From Balanoglossus misakiensis (Eukaryota > Animalia > Hemichordata): 64,000 nt of DNA. The translations under genes were made by a program, and so were the position numbers. The notes below the pieces were generated by a model. The model saw nothing but the letters and a program-made list of their open reading frames with translations, had not been told where the DNA came from and did not search any database. The DNA lies in the NCBI GenBank assembly GCA_040954595.2, contig CM082587.2:4792093-4856092 (forward strand), in the 5' to 3' direction. Below are positions 58,901 to 64,000 of this stretch, piece by piece (position 1 is the stretch's first letter; each line of letters opens with the position of its first letter).

Positions 58901-60547
58901 GAAACGTAAAAAGTCATAAAAGTGCCTAAAATTCCACATAAATGGATCAGTGTCTGTTCTCATAGATGGAAATGACAGCATGACTTTTCATTCGGTTTAA
59001 TATGGAAAACGTACAAAGTTTACGTGCACTCGACCAATTCGAAGCAGTGTTTTGTTTTTCTTGGACCTTGCTGCCCAAATGCCACATTAAACGTATCTGT
59101 GACAACTCAAGCAATTTTATATTGGTTATTTTGATCTGGTGTTTCTGAGCTGTGGTAAGTTCTCATGACCTAGGCGGGCACAATGTACATTATCACAGAT
59201 TTCATCGGGGAAAAATTGCCATATTGACGTATCATCGCCAGCCAAAGAAATCCTGGCGTCGGTTTTAATTCTAAACAGTATCGGGAGTTCAGGCGTGGAG
59301 ATCTTCCACCTGTCATGTTTTAAGTGGTTTAATAGTCGTTCTTGGGTCATTGCAAAAAAAATGAAATGAAAACATCGTCGGGCTGAAGGTTGTAAGGCCC
59401 AGACCCGTTTAATGTAACGGGGCAATTTTAGCGCCAGAGATGACCCGGAAAAATTGCAGAAAATTCCCAGCTGTCTGTAATCATGTGAAATGTTGCTAGA
59501 ACAACATTCACATTTTATGGGTTCCTGTATGGAAGAGCAAAATAAAATTTACGGTATGCTCATATGGAGAAAGCGCGGCCGTACTTTATGTGTTGGCACC
59601 GGGTGAGACTAAAACGAAGGAAACCGAAGGAAACCGAAGGAAACTGAAGGACACTGTTTTTTCCATATTTTAGTGCGAAGGAAAAGGTTTTCTCTATGCT
59701 GGTGGCCGAAGGACTGGTTTAGCTTCGAATTAAACGCCGAAGGAAAGCGAAGGACGCTGATTTATCCATATTTAAGTGCGAAGGAAAAGGTTTTCTCTAT
59801 GCTGGTGGCCGAAGGATAGGTTTAGTTCGGTAATTAATTATGCTGGTGGCCGAAGGACAGGTTTAGTTCGGTAATTAAAGCCGCAGGACGGGTTCAGCTC
59901 CGTAATTTTGGCCGAAGGAAAGCGAAGGACACTGATTTTTCCATATTTTAGTGCGAAGGACACGGTTTTCTGTATGCTGGAGGCCAAGGGATTGGTTTAG
60001 CTTCGAATTAAACGCCGAAGGACGGGTGTAGCTCCGTAATTTAGGCCGAAGGAAACCGAAGGACGCTGATTTATCCCGATTTTCGGCCGAAGGACGAGGT
60101 TTTCTGTATGCTAGAGGCCGAAGGACAAGTGTAGCTCAGTAATTTAGGGCGAAGGAAACCGAAGGACGCTGATTTATCCCTATTTTAGTGCGAAGGACGT
60201 GGTTTTTTGTATGCTGGTGGCCGAAGGACAAGTGTAGCTCAGTAATTTAGGGCGAAGGAAACCGAAGGACGCTGATTTATCCCTATTTTCGGCCGAAGGA
60301 CGAGGTTTTCTGTATGCTAGAGGCCGAAGGACAAGTGTAGCTCAGTAATTTAGGGCGAAGGAAACCGAAGGACGCTGATTTATCCCTATTTTAGTGCGAA
60401 GGACGTGGTTTTCTGTATGCTGGTGGCCGAAGGACTGGTTTAGCTTCGAATTAAACGCCGAAGGACGGGTGTAGCTCCGTAATTTAGGCCGAAGGAAAGC
60501 GAAGGACGCTCATATCTCCATATTTTAGGGCGAAGGGAAGCCAGTAA

Positions 60548-61363
60548 GGTGCGGAATTGTGTTTTATCGTTTTTAGAAAGTTTAGCTACAAGTGTAGAAA
60601 GCTAAATTAGCTGTAGCTAAATAGTTCTAAACTATCTAAGTTTTAAGGATAATTATCACTACGATAATTATCGCTTTCTAAATATCGTTCTAAATTTATA
60701 AATTAGCCACAGTTTAGAAAGCCCCCCCCCCCCCCCCCCCGACTAAAATTTTCTGCCGACGATATAAGTGCTGTATTTCCATTCCAATATTTGCGGAATT
60801 TTCATGTATGATTTCAATTGGTGCATTTCAATTTCAATATTTGCGGACGGGAGAATGTTGGGAATCGTTTATTGCCCAAATCAAGCCTTATCTCAAAACT
60901 CCTCTCAGTTTATTGAGATATGGGCTTCGTTTGTATGACACCATTGTTCTGTGCAACGACTGAAGTCTCAGGTTAATCAATGTCTTAACACCATTGTTCT
61001 ACCATTATGAGGTGTTGTAAAACGTCAGAGTTAGAACTTCGACTATATATACTGTTAAAATAAAACAAAGATCACATTTGACTTCCCACCGAAGTACTGG
61101 CCATCCCGTCTCTCTCTTCATTCCAAGCCTACTTCCAAAGTGTACGCCGTACATTTGTAAACGCCCAAGTAGTCCAACTTTCTAAACTGCTGCTAGTTTA
61201 GAAAGTTTAGAACGATATTTAGAAAGTGATAATTATCTTGAAAAAAGCCGTGTTTATCATTATTAGCTAAATTAGCTTCCTTAGACTATACATGTAGTTT
61301 AGAAATGCCCCTTCAATAAGACCATGGACGTGAAAAGAGCATGATAAGACACAATTCCGCACC
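60548..61363. mobile_element. PIF/Harbinger (Tourist-like) MITE nested in the foldback structure
   Basis: TAA|GGTGCGGAATTGTGTTTTATC ... GATAAGACACAATTCCGCACC|TAA gives a 20/21 TIR match with a 3-bp TAA TSD. A second internal inverted repeat pairs ~60663-60721 with ~61178-61238. Confidence 0.8.
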
Positions 61364-61420
61364 TAACTCAGGAAAGCGAAGGACAGTGATTCTCCATATT
61401 TTAGGGAGAAGGACATTAGT

Positions 61421-61672
61421 ATCCATCTCTCTGTATCTCGGAATTAGGATATCAATAGTGTGATCTTGTGTTGAGATCGTTTTTTGTCAGTTGTTTTTCA
61501 TTTCCAGTTCATGGAACGTAATGTCGGCTATTCCCGGTGAAGCATTTGAGCCCACGGTACAACTGCATGTTTGCTTGTAGAATTTGTTGTTTAATTCAAA
61601 AGTATTGTTACGTAGAATTAGTGATAGCATTTCTATGAGGTATGTTTGTTTAGTTTTGTTTCGTGTAAACAT
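61421..61672 (-). pseudogene. Decayed Penelope-like element reverse transcriptase fragment
   Basis: LIEMLSLILRNNTFELNNKFYKQTCSCTVGSNASPGIADITFHELE matches the PLE RT consensus LxLxxNxFxFNxxxYxQxxGxAMGSxxSPxxAxxxMxxLE. After a stop, AGATACAGAGAGATGGA reads as RYR(D)DG with a 1-nt deletion. Confidence 0.75.
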
Positions 61673-62837
61673 GACACTCTACTTAAGATCTCGACATTGA
61701 TATCAGTAACTCTGGTCAGACGTGTACTAGCTGACGCCAAGTCTCTGATAATCGTGAGAGAATCGTGTCCTTCGCCCTAAAATATGGAAATATGACTGTC
61801 CTTCCTTTTCCTTCGCCCTAAAAAATGGAAATATGACTGTCCTTCGGTTTCCTTCGCCCTAAATTACTGAGCTACACTTGTCCTTCGGCCTCTAGCATAC
61901 AGAAAACCTCGTCCTTCGGCCGAAAATAGGGATAAATCAGCGTCCTTCGGTTTCCTTCGCCCTAAATTACTGAGCCACACCTGTCCTTCGGCCACCAGCA
62001 TAGAGAAAACCACGTCCTTCGCACTAAAATAGGGATAAATCAGCGTCCTTCGGTTTCCTTCGCCCTAAATTACTGAGCTACACTTGTCCTTCGGCCTCTA
62101 GCATACAGAAAACCGTGTCCTTCGCACTAAAATATGGAAAAATCAGTGTCCTTCGGTTTCCTTCGGCCAAAATTACGGAGCTACACCCGTCCTTAAGCTT
62201 TAATTACCGAACTAAACCAGTCCTTCGGCCCCCAGCATAGAGAAAACCACGTCCTTCGCACTAAAATACGGATAAATCAGCGTCCTTCGGTTTCCTTCGC
62301 CCTAAATTACTGAGCCACACCTGTCCTTCGGCCACCAGCATAGAGAAAACCACGTCCTTCGCACTAAAATAGGGATAAATCAGCGTCCTTCGGTTTCCTT
62401 CGCCCTAAATTACTGAGCTACACTTGTCCTTCGGCCTCTAGCATACAGAAAACCGTGTCCTTCGCACTAAAATATGGAAAAATCAGTGTCCTTCGGTTTC
62501 CTTCGGCCAAAATTACGGAGCTACACCCGTCCTTCGGCGTTTAATTCGAAGCTAAACCAGTCCTTCGGCCTCTAGCATACAGAAAACCGTGTCCTTCGCA
62601 CTAAAATATGGAAAAATCAGTGTCCTTCGGTTTCCTTCGGTTTCCTTCGTTTTAGGTTATGCTGTTGGCACCACACTTTTTTACATTCAAATGTCGCTTC
62701 TATTGTAGTTTTCAAATAATCTCACTGGAGAAAAGTCTGTGCCCCGGGGGTGTTATGATCATCCCAATATCGCCAGCCAATATTGCCACTATCAGGCAAC
62801 GCCACTATAAAATGGTAGCGCCCCCGGCATTCACCAA

Positions 62838-62864
62838 TACCACCACCACCACCACCACCACCAC
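62838..62864 (+). repeat. (CAC)n microsatellite
   Basis: Directly visible; it explains the poly-T and poly-W ORF ends. Confidence 0.85.
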
Positions 62865-64000
62865 CTCAAGGACGCGGTGACCACTGCGCACGCACTCCAC
62901 GGGCCACTACCACCAACACCACCAACAGGACCACCTCCGCCGCCAAAGCAGTAACAGAATCCAGCGCGATCATTCAACCGTAACGAGCACTCAACTTGGG
63001 TACAAAGTATGGGGCTGTTTGCACTGAAGTGCCTTGCTAGAACAATCTTTGTCCTACAAATTGGTGTCCAATTGTTCCGAAGGTAATCAATTTGTGTAAT
63101 GAAGAAAACCGAAAGCCGGAGATTTACTGCAACTGAATAAATCACCGTGACCCAGATAAATCCCGTGCAGGGTTTTAACCCGAGGCTGCGTTCAATTTGG
63201 CATTTTTCAAATATTTGATGCCAAAAATTTGGAATTAGCCTAAAATAAGGTCCCTGCCACTTTGTTTGAACGAAGTGTTGATGGCCTTCGGGGGGGGGGG
63301 GGTGATAAAAAGCGATGCGACTCACGCGTAGTAATTGTAACAAAAGTGCTAGCCTGAAGTCTTCTAAAGGCCGACGCGTTGTGAATATTTCAGAAAGAGG
63401 CGGGCGCTTTAATGGTCAATTTTCGACGGGGAAGACCCCGGCTGTTTTTAAACACTCAAACAGTTTTACGAGGACCGCATTCGGGGCAAGGTTCTCCAGT
63501 ACGTACTGCACGTAGCACAAACAGAGACCAATATCACCTGCCATATATGAATAGACGGGCGTAAATATAGACCTTCTGTCCGTGGGTCTGTTTATAGCGG
63601 ACCCGGTGCATGGTTGTGCACGTATACTCGTGTGTGGAAGCGAAAACAAGACTACACACATCCAACCAACCGTGAATCTCACTAAGGAGAAAGCCTGACA
63701 AAGGTCCCCCATCCCTCCAAAAAAATTTCAGTGCCGCAGACGATCGCATAACCCACCGAAAGCTAATTGGTCCCAAGTTTAATGCGTGACACTGCAACGG
63801 ATATTGAGAAAAACAATATTTATCCATCTTTGCCGGGTAAGAGATCCAAGCAGTTGTTTAAACAGGCGCGTCAACCTGCGTGGTCCGCGGTGCCGTACAC
63901 GTCATAAATATCCCACGTTTTCAACTTTAGCACAATTCAACACTGATTCCAACAAGAGGCCTTGTTATCATGCGCGTACGTTTAATGTCCTTTTTTCCAA

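Larger units (their letters stand above)
59609..62655. mobile_element. Foldback-type structure with ~0.9-kb inverted arms built of ~103-bp tandem units
   Basis: The left arm (59609-~60540) begins CTAAAACGAAGGAAACCGAAGG; the right arm (~61765-62655) ends CCTTCGGTTTCCTTCGTTTTAG. Units recur at 60151, 60254 and 60357 (103-bp period) and consist of ~30-bp CGAAGGA-headed subunits. Confidence 0.85.

Noticed and set aside
59609-62655. Regularly spaced CGAAGGA repeats as a CRISPR-like array
   Set aside because: The intervening sequences are themselves repeated rather than unique, the context is eukaryotic and there are no cas genes.
62831-63343. 170-aa minus-strand ORF and a His/Pro-rich plus-strand stretch
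   Set aside because: Driven by (CAC)n and G/C runs, with no domain or splice support.

Overview
This is eukaryotic DNA from an animal, probably a marine invertebrate, with ~40% GC and short GT-AG introns; the taxon cannot be fixed from sequence alone. The left half (1-32.4 kb) is gene-dense, and I reconstructed the genes exon by exon. In order they are: the 3' end of a Cys-rich gene with a hydrophobic tail; an 8-exon ITPA/HAM1-family pyrophosphatase with a remodelled base-recognition pocket (SHR->SPR, FGWD->FGFD) and an N-terminal extension; a small secreted cationic six-cysteine prepropeptide (C-C-CC-C-C, conotoxin/knottin-like); the copper importer CTR1; a secreted thyroglobulin-1 + WAP + 14xLDLa protein; an MS4A/CD20-like tetraspan; AP3M1; and KDM8/JMJD5. 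The right half (32.5-59.5 kb) is a CpG-rich gene desert whose only convincing coding piece is a signal-peptide first exon at 45.7 kb. At 59.6-62.7 kb there is a 3-kb foldback structure: inverted arms of tandem repeats, a nested Tourist-like MITE and a decayed Penelope-like reverse transcriptase fragment. Most ORF-track entries are spurious. The strongest leads are the knottin-like peptide gene, the altered-pocket ITPA, the foldback/Penelope structure and the LDLa-array protein. No database search was possible, so novelty is unverified.
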